Source: Squalus acanthias
Lineage: Eukaryota
Direction of reading: 5' to 3'
Length of the DNA: 64,000 nucleotides
NCBI GenBank assembly: GCA_030390025.1
Contig: CM059433.1
Location: forward strand, 25,546,001-25,610,000
How positions within the stretch are numbered: position 1 is the stretch's first letter; every line of letters begins with the position of its first letter. Below are positions 11,313 to 24,100 of the stretch, piece by piece. The position numbers and the translations under genes were made by a program. The notes below the pieces were generated by a model that was not told the origin of the DNA, made no database searches, and saw only the letters and a list, made by a program, of their open reading frames with translations.

Positions 11313-14038
11313 GCAGCTGGGGAATTTAAATTCAGTTAATTAAATAAATCTGGAATAAAAAGCTAGTATCAGTAATGAATGGTGACCGTGAAACTACTGG
11401 ATTGTCGTAAAAGCCCATCTGGTTCACTAATGTCCTTTAGGGAAGGAAATCTGCCGTCCTTACCTGGTCTGGCCTATATGTGACTCCAGACCCACAGAAA
11501 TGTGGTTGACTCTTAACTGCCGCTGAATTGCCACTCAGTTGCAACAAACCGCTACGAAAAACAATAATAAGAATAAAACCGGACAGATCACTCAGCTCCG
11601 GCTTCAGACACGACAACGGCACACCCACCCCAGTCGACCCTGCAAAGCCCTCCTCACTAACATCTGGGGACTTGTGCCAAAATTGAGAGAGCTGTCCCAC
11701 AGACTAGTCAAGCAACAGCCTAACATAGTCACACTCACAGAATCATACCTGTCTTCCTCAGGAGGGGGGCCGAGATGGATCATCCACTCAGCACTTCTGC
11801 CTGAAGATGGTTGCAATCCCGTCTTCACACTGAGGACACCCTCCATTGTGCTGTGTGGCCCTACCACCGTGCTAAATGGGATAGATTCAGAACAGATCAA
11901 GTAGCTCCAAACTGGGCATCCATTAGGCGCTGTGGGCCATCAGCAGCAGCAGAATTGTATTCCTTCACAATCTGTAATCTCATGTTCTGGCATATCCCTC
12001 ACTCTACCATTACCATCAAGCCAGGGGACCACCCCTGGTTCAATGAGGAGTGCAGAAGAGCATGTCAGGAGCAGTACCAGGCGTACCTAAAAATGAGGTG
12101 CCAACCTGGGGAAGCTGCAACACAGGACTACATGCATTCTAAACAGCGGAAGCAGCATGCTATAGACAGAGTCAACAGATCAGATCAAAGTTCTGCAGTC
12201 CTGCCACATCCAGTTGTGAATGGTGGTGGACCATTAAACAACTAACGGGAGGAGGAGGCTCCATGAATACCCCCATCCTCAATGATGGCAGAGCCCAGCA
12301 TGTGAGTGTAAAAGACAAGGCTGAAGCGTTTGCAACCAACTTCAGGCAGAAGTGCCGAGTGGATGATTCATCTCAGCCCCCTCCTGAGGTCCTCACCATC
12401 ACAGAAGTCAGTCTTCAGCCAATTCGATTCACTCCATGTGATATCAAGAAACAGCTGAGTGCACTGGATACAGCAAAGGCTATGACCCCTGACAACATCT
12501 CGGCTGTCGTGCTGAAGACATGTGCTCCAGAACTAGCCGTGCTTCTAGCCAAGCTGTTCCAGTACAGCTACAACACTGGCATCTACCGGACAATGTGGAA
12601 AACTGCCCAGGTATGTCCTGGCCTCAAAAGCAGGACAAATCCAATCCAGCCAATTACCGCCCCATCAGTCTACTCTCAATCAACAGCAAAGTGATGGAAG
12701 GTGTCGTCGACAGTGCTATCAAGTGGCACTTACTCACCAATAACCTGCTCACCGATGGCTCAGTTTGGGTTCCACCAGGACAACTCGGCTCCAGACCTCA
12801 CTACAGCCTTGGTCCAAACATGGACAAAACAGCTGAATTCCAGAGGTGAGGTGAGAGTGACTGCCCTTGACATCAAGGCAGCATTTGACCGAGTGTGGCA
12901 TCAAGGAGCCCTAGTAAAACTGAAGTCAATGGAAATCGGGGTGGGGGGGGGGGGGGAACTCTCCAATGGCTGGAGTCATACCAAGTACAAAGGAAGATGG
13001 TTGTGGTTTTTGGAGATCAATCATCTCAGCCCCAGGACATCGCTGCAGGAGTTCCTCAGGGAAGTGTCCTAGGCCCAACCATCTTCAGCTGCTTCATCAA
13101 TGACCTTCCCTCCATCATAAGGTCAGAAGTGGGGATGTTCACTGATGATTGCACAGCGTTCAGTTCCATTCGCAACTCCCCAGATAATGAAGCAGTCCAT
13201 GCCTGAATGCAGCAAGACCTGGACAATATTCAGGCTTGGGCTGATAAGTGTCAAGTAACATTTGCGCCACACAAGTGCCAGGCAATGACTATCTCCAACA
13301 AGAGAGAGTCTAACCACCGCTCCTTGACATTCAACAGCATTACCATCGCCGAATCCCCCACCATCAATATCCTGGGGGTCACCATTGACCAGAAACTTAA
13401 CTGTACCAGCCACATAAATACTGTGGCTACAAGAGCAGGTCAGAGGCTAGGTATTCTGCGGCGAATGTCTCACATCCTGACTCCCCAAAGCCTTTCCACC
13501 ATCCACAAGGCACAAGTCAGGAGTGTGATGAAATACTCTCCACTTGCCTGGATGAGCTCCAACAACACTCAAGAAGCTCGACACCATCCAGGACAAAGCA
13601 GTCTGCTTGATTGGCACCCCATCCACCATCTTAAACATTCACCCCCTCCACCACCGGCGTACCATGGCTGCAGTGTGTACCATCTACAAGATGCACTGCA
13701 GCAACTCGCCAAGGCTTCTTCGGTAGCACCTCCCAAGCCCACGACCTCTACCACCTAGAAGGACAAAGGCAGCAGGCACATGGGAATACCATCACCTGCA
13801 AGTTCCCCTCCTAGTTACACACTATCCTGACTTGGAAATATATCGCTGTTCTTTCATCGTCGCTGGGTCAAAATCCTGGAGCTCCCTGCCTAACAGCACT
13901 GTGGGAGTACCTTTACCACAAGGACTGCAGCGGTTCAAGAAGGCGGCTCACCACCACCTTCTCAAGGGCAATTAGAGATGGGCAATAAATGCTGGTCTTG
14001 CCAGCGACGCCCACATCCCAGGAACGAATTTAAAAAAA
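11223..14038 (+). mobile_element. Non-LTR retrotransposon (APE-RT single ORF, CR1/L2/Jockey-type group) with a tRNA-like 5' head; frameshifted and internally deleted
   Basis: LTNIWGLVPK...PNIVTLTESYL (APE N-terminus), NYRPISLLS, ALDIKAAFDRVWH, GVPQGSVLGPTIF, MFTDD; A-rich tail at ~14031-14038; head with A and B boxes at 11231-11306. Confidence 0.9.
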
Positions 14039-14099
14039 TCTAATTTTTAATGATATTGATTGAGGGATAAATATTTGCTCACCTACACTTTTGAAAATT

Positions 14100-15149
14100 G
14101 TGCCATTTATAGTATACTGTCTTTCCATATTAGTCGCCCAAAGTGCATCACTTCACACTTCTCCGCATTGAACTCCACCTGCCATGCTTCTGCCCATTTC
14201 ACCATCCTGTCTGTCATCCTGAAGCCTATAACTATCCTCATCACTATCTACTACTTTGCCAAGTTTCGGATCATCTGTAAACTTTATAATACTGCTCTCT
14301 ACATTCGAATCGTTTATAAAAATTGCAAAGATTAATGGACCCAATACTGACCTTTGGGGAACACCACTGCAAACCATCTCCCAGTCTGAAAAACACCCAT
14401 TCACAGCCACCCTTAGCTTCCTGTCACTGAGCCAATTTTGTATCCATACCGCCACTTTCCCCTTAATTCCATGGGCTTCCATCTTCTTAATAAGCCTCCT
14501 GTGTGGCACTTTGTCGAATGTCTTCCGAAAGTTCATATATACAACATCTACTGTATTACCTTGATCAACCTTCTCTGTACCTCATCAAAGAATTTAATCA
14601 TGTTAGCCAGACATGATTTGCCTTTAACAAATCCATGCTAGCTCTCCTTGATTAACCCATACCTTTCCAAATGAAAGTTTACTTTGTCCCTGATAATAGC
14701 TTCCAATAACTTCCCCACCACCGACGTTAGGCTGACTGGCCTGTAGTTTCCTGGTTTATTCCTCTCCCCTTTCTTGAATAGTGGTATAACATTAGCAACC
14801 CTCCAGTCCTCCGGGACTACTCCTGTATCCAATGAGGATTGAAAGATTGTGGCCGATTCCTCCGCAATTTTACCTTTGCTTCTTTCAGCAACCTAGGATG
14901 CATTCCATCCAGACCAGGTGACGTACCAACTTTCAGTAATGCTAATCTTTTTAGTATGTCTTCTCGATCTATTACTATCCTATCCATAACTTCCCTCTCC
15001 TCTTAGTGTAACCATCACATCATCCGCTTCCTTTGTGACGACAGATGCAAAGTACTCATTTAATACTTTAGCCATGTCCTCTGCTCTACATGAAGATTTC
15101 CTTTTGGGTCTTTAATAGGCCCAACTTTTTCCCGAGCTAACTGCTTACA
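14100..15149 (-). mobile_element. CR1-type LINE RT fragment
   Basis: ORFs VVPEDWRVANVIPLFKKG..PGNYRPVSLTSVVGKLLE and FRKTFDKVPH...SGVPQRSVLGP...KFTDD. Confidence 0.9.
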
Positions 15150-16915
15150 CTTGGCTCAGTTGGTAGCACACCTTGCCTCTGAGTCAGAAGGTTGTGGATT
15201 CACATCCCATGTGAAGGAATAAGCCATATTCAGAAAAATACACCATTCTATGAAAGAATTCTGGCCTTATTAAAACATGACAAACTGGGTTTGAAAATCT
15301 AAAAACCTAACAATGGAGAAGCTATATTGTTAACAGCATTCAGGCTATTGAGAGAAGATAAGTTGTTGACACTGAATCAATAATCTTATTGAAGCAGGAG
15401 GTTGGAGGCTCCTGAAGTCTGAAGCTTTGGAAATAAGACAATGGTACACCCTGTTAAGGTGTTCTAAATTACACTTCGGAAAGAAACACATAAAATGAAG
15501 AAACATATGCCTTCGTGGGAATGGCATCAAGTGGGGGAGGCACCAGCCGTCACATTGTTTTTGTGTTGAACTTGGAACACCTAGAGAGACATAATTCTGT
15601 ATTACATCCAGCTGAGGTGAATAAGAATTGCATAGATCACCCTGGTTGAGGTGTTTTAATTTACACTTCGTAAACAGAGAAACAGAAGACCTTGGTAAAA
15701 ATGACATCAAATAGATGCACCGGCTATTACACCGTTTTTTATGATGGGCTTAGGACACCTGAGGTAGAGACATAATTCTGCATTGCTACCAGCTGAAGTG
15801 ACTGTAAGAATAGCAGGGGTCAGCAGAAAAATGACTAGAGATAATTAGCTTACATCAGCAGAAAACTTCAAAGGAAATACCACTGAAAAAGGATATAAAT
15901 ATTGAACTTTCAAATGGGATGATAGTCTAGCTGTAAAGGGGCAAAACAATTCTCAGGCTTCAGAGGCGGCTCTGTAAGTCTACAACTCTTTGTACCTCGG
16001 GGATCAAGGTACTTGTATTTGATTTTGGTGGATATCCTGGAATAAAGACTAGAACTGTAAAATTGTAGCGAAGTTAAGATCTGATGATAAGAATTGTAAG
16101 CGTTCTGTTTTTGGAACTGTTAATGTTGCGATTGAAACACCTACTGTAATTACATGTCGGTTCTTTAATAAATCTATATATCTTTAGAATTGTCTCACAT
16201 AATACTTCTGTATCAAACTCGTGAACTCAATCTCTGTACACTCTTTAGTGAGGAGTTGCAGAATTCTGGGGAGTTTTCCGGACCCTCATAATATCCGAAA
16301 CATTACAGTCTAGCTAAACTTATTAAAAGTGCTATTTGGAGGACGGTAAGATCTTCAGGTTGTTCCTTTCCTTTAGGGAGAGATAGTCTGGACCTTTAGA
16401 CCCAATTAAGCATCTTTAGGATTCGGCTACTTCAAACTTTAGTTGAAAGTGAACGTCTGGGGAATACGCCTGATCCGGGGTAGCCCTAAAGGGGCTAGGA
16501 CTAGTAATTATCCCTTCACCCACTCCAGAGACCTCAGCACATAATCCAGGCTGACACTCCAGTGCAGTACTGAGGGAGTGCTGCACTGTCGAAGGTGCTG
16601 TCTTTCGGATGAGATGTTAAACCGAGGCCCTCTAAAAGATCCCATGACACTATTTTGAAGAAGAGCAGGGGGAGTTCTCCCCACTGTCCTGGCCAATATT
16701 TATCCCTCAATCAACATCACAAAAAACAGATTATCTGGTCATTTTCACATTGCTGTTTGCGGGAGCTTGCTGTGTGCAAATTGGTTGCCGCGTTTGCTAC
16801 ATTACAACAGTGACTACAATTCAAAAAGTGCTTCATTGACTGTGAAGCGCTTTGGGACATCTGGTGGTCCTGAAAGGCACTATAGAAATGCAAGTCTCTT
16901 TTTCTTTTCTTTTCT
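15150..16915 (+). mobile_element. tRNA-headed DeuSINE/SacSINE1-like SINE, split by a solo LTR
   Basis: Head TGGCTCAGTTGGTAGCAC...GAGTCAGAAGGTTGTGGATTCACATCCCA resumes at 16523 (CTCCAGAGAC...CAGTGCAGTACTGAGGGAGTGCTGCACTG); tail AAGCGCTTTGGGACAT...AAATGCAAGTC(T)n. Confidence 0.75.
15210..16518 (+). mobile_element. Solo LTR, 1309 bp
   Basis: TG...CA termini with inverted TGAAGGAATAA / TTATCCCTTCA; 4-bp TSD CCCA (15206-15209, 16519-16522); TATAAA 15894-15899; AATAAA 16167-16172. Confidence 0.9.
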
Positions 16916-16929
16916 TTATGTGTTTATAA

Positions 16930-17215
16930 AATGTGTGGGTTAGGTTGATTTGGCTATGATAAATTGACCCTTAGTGTTAGGGGGGGATTAAATATGTGGG
17001 GTTATGGGGATAGGATGGGATATGTTAGGGGGAATTAAATACGTGGGGTTACGGGGGTAGAGTGGGATATGTGTACTGTGGGGATTAAAGCAGGGACAGG
17101 GTATTGGATTTGGATGATCAGCCATGATCGTATTGAATGGCGGAGCAGGCTCGACGGGCCGAATGGCCTACTCCTGCTCCTAGATTCTATGTTTCTATGT
17201 TTCTATGTTTCTATA
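16930..17215 (+). mobile_element. HE1-SINE/CR1-type 3' end fragments with (TTCTATGT)n tail
   Basis: GATCAGCCATGATC..GAATGGCGGAGCAGGCTCGA.GGGCCGAATGGCCTACTCCTGCTCCT followed by octamer repeats. Confidence 0.7.
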
Positions 17216-17219
17216 TAAA

Positions 17220-18492
17220 ATGTTTTAGGGCTCACTTTAATGTTGCCTGCTAATCTTTTCTCCTAACCTCTCTTTGCCTCCCGTATTAACTTTTTCAATT
17301 CCGTCATGGACTTTCCATAATCTTCCTGGTTATTTACTGAATCTTGCTCCTGACATTTGTCATAAGCCTCCTTTTTCTGTTTTATTTTAACTTTTTTTCC
17401 TCTGTCATCCAGGGTACATTAGCTTTGGATGCTCTACCTGGTCTCTTCAAAGGAATATGTCTAGTTTGTACCTGAACTACCTCTTCCCTGAATGTCCTCC
17501 ATTGCTCCATTACTGCTTTACTCTGCAATCGCCTTTCCAATCTACCTGAGCTGGGTCCCTTCTTAAATCACTGAAATTAGCTCTTCCCCAGTTGAGCATT
17601 TTTACCTTTGATATTTTGTGGTCTCTTTCCATAATTACTTTAAACAGAATTATGTTGTGGTCACTGTTAGCTAGATCTCCGACTGTAACACACTCCACTT
17701 GTCCTACTTCATTTCCCAGAACCAGATCCAACACTGTTTCCTTCCTTGTCGGACTGGAGACATATTGATCATGAAAGTTCTCCTGTACACACATCAGAAA
17801 TTCCTCTCCTTCCCTACCCTTATGTTTTTCTTAGTTTATATTTGGGTAATTAAAGTCTCCTAATATTACTACTCTATTTTTGTTGCACGCCTTTGAAATT
17901 TGCCGACAAATTTGCTCATCTGTCTCCTCACTGTTTGGAGCTCTATAAAAAACTCCCAACAATGTAACAGTTCCCCCTCTGTTCCTCAACTCAAGCCAAA
18001 TAGATTCACACCTAGAGCCATCGAGTATATACTTTCTATTTAGAACTGTAAGCTCATCCTTAATCATTACTGCCCACATCCCCTCCTTTTCTCCTACTCT
18101 ATCATTCCGGAATACTCGGTAACCAGGAATAATAAGAACCTGGCCTTGTTTGAGCCATGTCTCTGTTAATGCAACCACGTCATAATCCCATAGCAATTTG
18201 TGCCTGCAGCTCATCAACCTTATTAGTTACACGATGGACATTGGCGTACATACAATTTAATACCTCCTTCGTCACTTTTGCTATTTTCCTCAATCTGATC
18301 TCTGCAATTTTGAGGTTATTTCTAATTTTACTGCTGTTTATATCTCTGTCCTCTGATCTCATTTCTGCTCCTTCCTGCTATGTTCTGGTTCCCCTCCCCC
18401 TGCCAAATTAATTGAAACCCTCCCCAACAGTACTAGTTAACCTCTCAGTGAGAACATTGGTCCCGGCTTTGTTCAGGTGCAACCTGTCCAAT
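17220..18492 (-). mobile_element. CR1-type LINE, endonuclease-region fragment
   Basis: CMYANV..VTNKVDELQAQI, YDVVALTETWL, VILGDFNYPNIN, PTRKETVLDLVLGNE, SDHNII. Confidence 0.85.
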
Positions 18493-18650
18493 GATCTAGT
18501 GAAATTTGTGCGCAAAGAATCCAGGCTACCATTTCATCCAACTACCCATGAGCAGTGGGAGAGAAACTCATATCATGTAATTACATTTTTAACCAGCAGA
18601 TGGAGCTTAGTCTTTGAGGTAATGGTAGTACAGTCAAGCCCAATTAAACA

Positions 18651-19194
18651 AATCTACAAGGCACAAGTAAGGAGTGTGTTGGAATACTCTCCACTTGCCT
18701 GGATGAGTGCAGTTCCAACAACACTCAAGAAGTTCGACACCATCCAGGACAAAGCAGCCCGCTTGATTGGCACCCCATCCACCACCTTAAACATTCACTC
18801 CCTCCACCACCGGCGTACCGTGGCTGCAGTGTGTACCATCTACAAGATGCACTGCAGCAACTCGCCAAGGCTTCTTCGGCAGCACCTCCCAAACCCGCGA
18901 ACTCTACCACCTAGAAGGACAAGGGCAGCAGGCGCATGGGAACACAACCACCTGCAAGTTCCCCTCCAAGTCACACACCATCCTGACTTGGAAGTATATC
19001 ACCGATCCTTCATCGTCGCTGGGTCAAAATCCTGGAACTCCCTCCCTAACAGCACTGTGGGAGTACCTTCACCACACGGACTGCAACGGTTGAAGAAGGC
19101 GGCTCACCACCACCTTCTCAAGGGCAATTAGAGATGGGCAATAAATGCAGGCCTTGCTAACGACGCACACATCCCATAAGCGAATAAAAAAAAA
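18651..19194 (+). mobile_element. 5'-truncated copy of the tRNA-headed LINE family
   Basis: IYKAQVRSVLEYSPLAWMSA...HHHLLKGN* plus a 3' UTR and A tail matching 13500-14038. Confidence 0.9.
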
Positions 19195-19665
19195 TAACTG
19201 ATAAAAGAAATAGGGGGGAAAATTCGGTTGCTTAGCGCCTCCCATTATTGCCTCGGGGGGGGGGGGGGCGCTAACGGGGCACTAGGAAGTTAGCGCCCAA
19301 GCGCGGTGATGCTAGCGCTGTTCGCTGAATTGACGACATTTTGCGGCAGTGTTAAACACTACCACCACGATCTCCTGCGCCCGCAGATTGTGACGTCAGT
19401 CGAGTGTGCAACGCCCCGGACCGGATATTGAGTTGCACCCCCTGCCTTTCCGCCTGCTGCTAGCAACGACAGGTAGAGGAGAACGTTTTGCAGTCGGGAA
19501 GGGGCTGGGGGAGCGCTATGCCTTTTCTTGTTGGCGAAATTTTTGCACCACGCAAAGAGAGACTTCTGGAGAGATTCAACGCTGTGTGAAGGAGTTTTGG
19601 GTACTGAGCAGCACTTTGCAAGTTCATTTTGATTTGACCTTCATTGCAGTGATTTAGAAGAGACT

Positions 19666-20826
19666 ATGGGGGCTGCACTGAATCGGGGCGTTGTCCTGCA
19701 CCTGCAGAATCGGAGGCAGCAGAGACGCAGAGAGAGAGTGGCAAACATGGCCAGAGGGAGGAGGGCCAACAGGCCTCTGCACAGGAGACCTTACCCTCCC
19801 AGGGTATTCAGGGAGCAGTTCTCATACCTTCATTTGTCTGAGGAGCAGTGTTTGCGCAGGCTGCGTTTCAGCAAGGAGGTGGTCACTGAGCTCTGCCACC
19901 TGCTGCAACCAGATCTGCAGCCTCAACTGAGGACCAGGATGTCTCTGTCGGTGGCAGTGAAGGTGACAGTGGCTCTGAATTTTTATGCCAGTGGCTCCTT
20001 TCAAGCTTCTACTGGGGACATCGCCAATATCTCCCAGTTCACTGTCCATTGTTGTATCCGGGAGGTGACAAATGCCCTGTATAAAAGGAGACGCCAGTAC
20101 ATCTGCTTCCCCTTGACCCGGGCCAAACAGCATGAATGTGCATGTGGCTTTGCTAGGATAGCGGGCTTCCCCATGGTGCAGGGTGCCATTGACTGCACGC
20201 ATGTGGCATTGCGGGCACCGCATGAAAATGCAGAGGTATTCCGAAACCGCAAGGGCTACCACTCTTTAAATGTGCAGTTGGTCTGTGACCACACACAGCT
20301 CATACTCGCCGTCAATGCCCGCTATCCTGGCAGCAGCCACGATGCTTTCATCCTGCGCCAGAATGGTGTGCCAGACCTTTTCCAGGCACCGCATCACCCA
20401 AGTGGATGGCTCCTCGGGGACAAGGGCTATCCACTCTGCACCTGGCTGATGACACCGCTCCGTAACCCCAACAGCCCTGCCGAGCTGCGGTATAATGAGA
20501 GCCATAGCGCCACCAGGAACATAATTGAGCAGACGATCAGTGTACTGAAGCAACGGTTCCGCTGTCTGGACCACTCAGGAGGAGCCCTGCAGTACTCGCC
20601 TGAGCGAGTCTCCCTGTTCATAGTTGTGTGCTGCATGCTTCACAACCTGGCAATCCTCAGGACCCAGCCAATACCACCAGGGATTGGTGCACCACCTGAG
20701 GTGGAGGAGGAGGAAGAGGAGGATGATGAGGAGGAGTATCAGCAGCAGCACCAATGTGGGAGGGAGCCGCACAATGTTGCCTCTGCAAGGGTCGTCTGTC
20801 AACGGCTGATAAGAAGCCGCTTCTAG
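19666..20826 (+). CDS. Harbinger DDE transposase (HARBI1-like), 386 aa, open
   Basis: [67 protein letters not shown], acidic tail. Confidence 0.95.
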   Translation: MGAALNRGVVLHLQNRRQQRRRERVANMARGRRANRPLHRRPYPPRVFREQFSYLHLSEEQCLRRLRFSKEVVTELCHLLQPDLQPQLRTRMSLSVAVKVTVALNFYASGSFQASTGDIANISQFTVHCCIREVTNALYKRRRQYICFPLTRAKQHECACGFARIAGFPMVQGAIDCTHVALRAPHENAEVFRNRKGYHSLNVQLVCDHTQLILAVNARYPGSSHDAFILRQNGVPDLFQAPHHPSGWLLGDKGYPLCTWLMTPLRNPNSPAELRYNESHSATRNIIEQTISVLKQRFRCLDHSGGALQYSPERVSLFIVVCCMLHNLAILRTQPIPPGIGAPPEVEEEEEEDDEEEYQQQHQCGREPHNVASARVVCQRLIRSRF

Positions 20827-21125
20827 GCCCCTACTCAGAAGATGGCTTCTGGCATGGAGAACAACATCATGGAAAGCAACCCGCACCCCCTATTGCCGGC
20901 CAAAGCTGGAATGATTCCAAAGACCAAAAATGTAAATTTTGAATACAACAACTTTTTTATTTAACAAACTCTGTGTGTGTCATTTATTCAGGACAAACAA
21001 TTAGAAACCAACACAACAAATCATGAACTAACAGAACTCGTTCTCACAAGATGGAGATAAACGGCCAAACAGTAAACAAATGTAATCACACGAACCTCGA
21101 CTTTTACCACAAACATTCCCACCAT

Positions 21126-24100
21126 TTATTTAGACCTCCTACTGTTTGCCCTTCGAGGGTGATCTCCATCCCCTGCGCACTTACCCCCTTCCCACCCTAC
21201 TGCTCCTCCGTAATGGGGCCCAAGTGGCTGCAGCAAGGCTGGTGGAAGGCTGGATCCAGACACTGCAGATGCCCTTAAAGAACACCCTCGACCAGCTCTG
21301 GGCCTGGAGGCCCCGGCTCCGCATGGACGGCATGGACGGCAGAGTTGGTGCTTGCTGCCGCCCATGCACCAACTCTGCATGGGCGGCAGCAGTCTGGGCT
21401 GGCTGTGTTGCAGAGTGGCAAGTGCAATGGGGAAGTGCCAGTGGTGGGAGCAGGAATGCTGTCATCCTGAGAGAGGATAGCACCTTCCTGCTCAACTGAC
21501 ACACTGGCACTCCCACGGGGCAGTACCTCAGCAACCGGCACAATCTGCTCGAGCACAGATTGCTGGCCTGCTGTGGCACCGTGAGAGCCCCGGGGCAATG
21601 TGGCCGACCCAGCGAGGATGGCAGCAGTCAGTGCTTGCGTGACATCAATCTGAGACTGCATGAGAGTAGTCTGAGACTAGATGGCACCAGCCAATGACTG
21701 AATTGCAGCACTAAGCCATTGCGTTGCGTTGACCTGTGCTGCAGCGGACTGCTCCACACTCCTAGCCAGTCCATCCATGCTTTCGGGCACCCTTGCCATT
21801 GCACCCATGAGCTCAGTGTGCATGCTCAAGGCCTGGCTATTCATGGCCGCGATGGCGCGGTCCTCAACTGAGTTCAGTGCAGCAGGGCTCGCTTGCCTAC
21901 TCGCCCTACGGGGAGATGGCCCCTGAGCTTCCCTACCCCCATGGCATTGCTGCAGCCCGCTGGGTCCCAGAGCTTCGTCCTCATCAGGCCCTACCTCCCT
22001 GCTCCCCTCCAGGGAAGGTGTGGTCCCAGTGTCGGGAGATGCAGGCGGTGAGGCTCCGGCTTCCTCTTCCTCCTCGCCTGGGGTGTCGCTGCCACTGGTT
22101 CTTTGAGGGACAGGCTGGTCAGCTGGTGGTTCACTATCTGAAAGCAGGGAGGTACAAGAGTGGCTTTAGTGTCAGGACAGGGGGGCAGTAAGGGAGCAAG
22201 GACTGGAGACATTTAGTAAGTTGGATTGAAAGTGTAAAAGGCTGGTGTTGTGAGGGGCAAGTGGAATTAGAGAGGAGAGAAAGCTGATGAACTTACCATT
22301 GCTGTCCCTAAGGGGGTCGACCTCTCCAGCGGCCACGGCACCTATCACCTGGCTAGCAACGATCCTGTGCATGCGCGCCTCCAAATCGGTGAGAGTGTGT
22401 AGGTCAGCCGGTCCTCCTCCCGTACATTGCTGCTGCCATCTGTTATGAGAGAGCTTGGCTTGCAAGAAAAAGGACGGCGTCTGCGTGAATATGCAGCCAT
22501 GTGCTTGCCTGATGTGCCTCCCATAGTTGAATAGCCCTTAATGTATGCAGCCATGTGCTTGCCTGATGTGCCTCCCATAGTTTTTTTTAAATTCGATTAT
22601 GGGATCTGGGCATCGCTGGCAATGCCAGCATTTATTGCCCATCCCTAGTTGCCCTTGAGAAGGTGGTGAGCTGCCTTCTTGAACCACTGCAGTCTGTGTG
22701 GTGATGGTACTCCCACAGTGCTGTTAGGTAGGGAGTTCCAGGATTTTGACCCAGCGACGATGAAGGATCGGTGATATACTTCTAAGTCAGGATGGTGTGT
22801 GACTTGGAGGGGAACTTGGAGGTGGTAGTGTTCCCATGTGCCTGCTGCCCTTGTCCATCTAGGTGGAAGAGGTCATGGGTTTGGGAGGTGCTGCTGAAGA
22901 AGCCTTGACGAGTTGCTGCAGTGCATCTTATAGATGGTATACACTGCAGCCACGGTGCGCCGGTAGTGGAGGGAGTGAATGTTTAAGGTGGTGGATGGGG
23001 TGCCAATCAAGCGGGCTGCTTTGTCCTGGATGGTGTTGAGCTTCTTGAGTGTTGTTGGAGCTGCACTCATCCAGGCAAGTGGAGAGTATTCCATCACACT
23101 CCTGACTTGTGCCTTGTAGATGGTGGAAAGGCTTTGGGGAAACAGGAGGTGAGACACTCGCCGCAGAATACCTAGCCTCTGACCTGCTCTTGTTGCCACA
23201 GTATTTATGTGGCTGGTCCAGTTAAGTTTCTGGTTAATGGTGACCCCCAGGATGTTGATAGTGGGGGATTCGGCGATGGTAATGCCATTGAATGTCAAAG
23301 GGAGGTGGTTAGACTCTCGCTTGTTGGAGATAGTCATTGCCTGGCACTTATGTGGCGCGAATGTTACCTGCCACTTATCAGCCCAAGCCTGAACGTCATC
23401 CAGGTCTTGTTGCATGTGGGCATGCACTGCTTCATTATCTGAGGAGTTGTGAATGGCACTGATCACTGTGCAGTCATCAGCGAACACTCCATTTCTGACC
23501 TTATGTTGGAGGGAAGGTCATTGATGAAGCAGCTGAAGATGGATGGGCCTTGGACACTGCCCTGAGGAACTCCTGCAGCGATGTCCTGGGGCTGTGATGA
23601 TTGACCTTCAACCACCACAACCATCTTCCTTTGTGCTAGGTATGACTCCAGCCAGTGGAGCGTTTTCCCCCTGATTCCCGTTTTACTAGGGCTCCTTGAT
23701 GCCAGACTTGGTCAAATGTTGCCTTGATGTCAAGGGCAGTCACTCTCACCTCACCTCTGGAATTCAGCTCCTTTGTCCATGTTTGGACCAAGACTGCAAT
23801 GACGTCGGGAGCCGAGTGGTCTTGGCGGAACCCAAACTGGGCATCAGTGAGCAGGTTATTGGTGAGTAAGTGCCGCTTGATAGCACTGTCGATGACACCT
23901 TCCATCACTTTGCTGATGATTAAGAGTAGACTGATGGGGCGGTAATTGGCTGGGTTGGATTTGTCCTGCTTTTTGTGTACAGGACTTACCTGGGCAGTTT
24001 TCCACATTGTCAGATAGCTGCCAGTGTTGTAGCTGTACTGGAACAGCTTGGCTAGAGGCGTGGCTAGTTCTGGAGCACAAGTCTTCAGCATGATAGCCGG

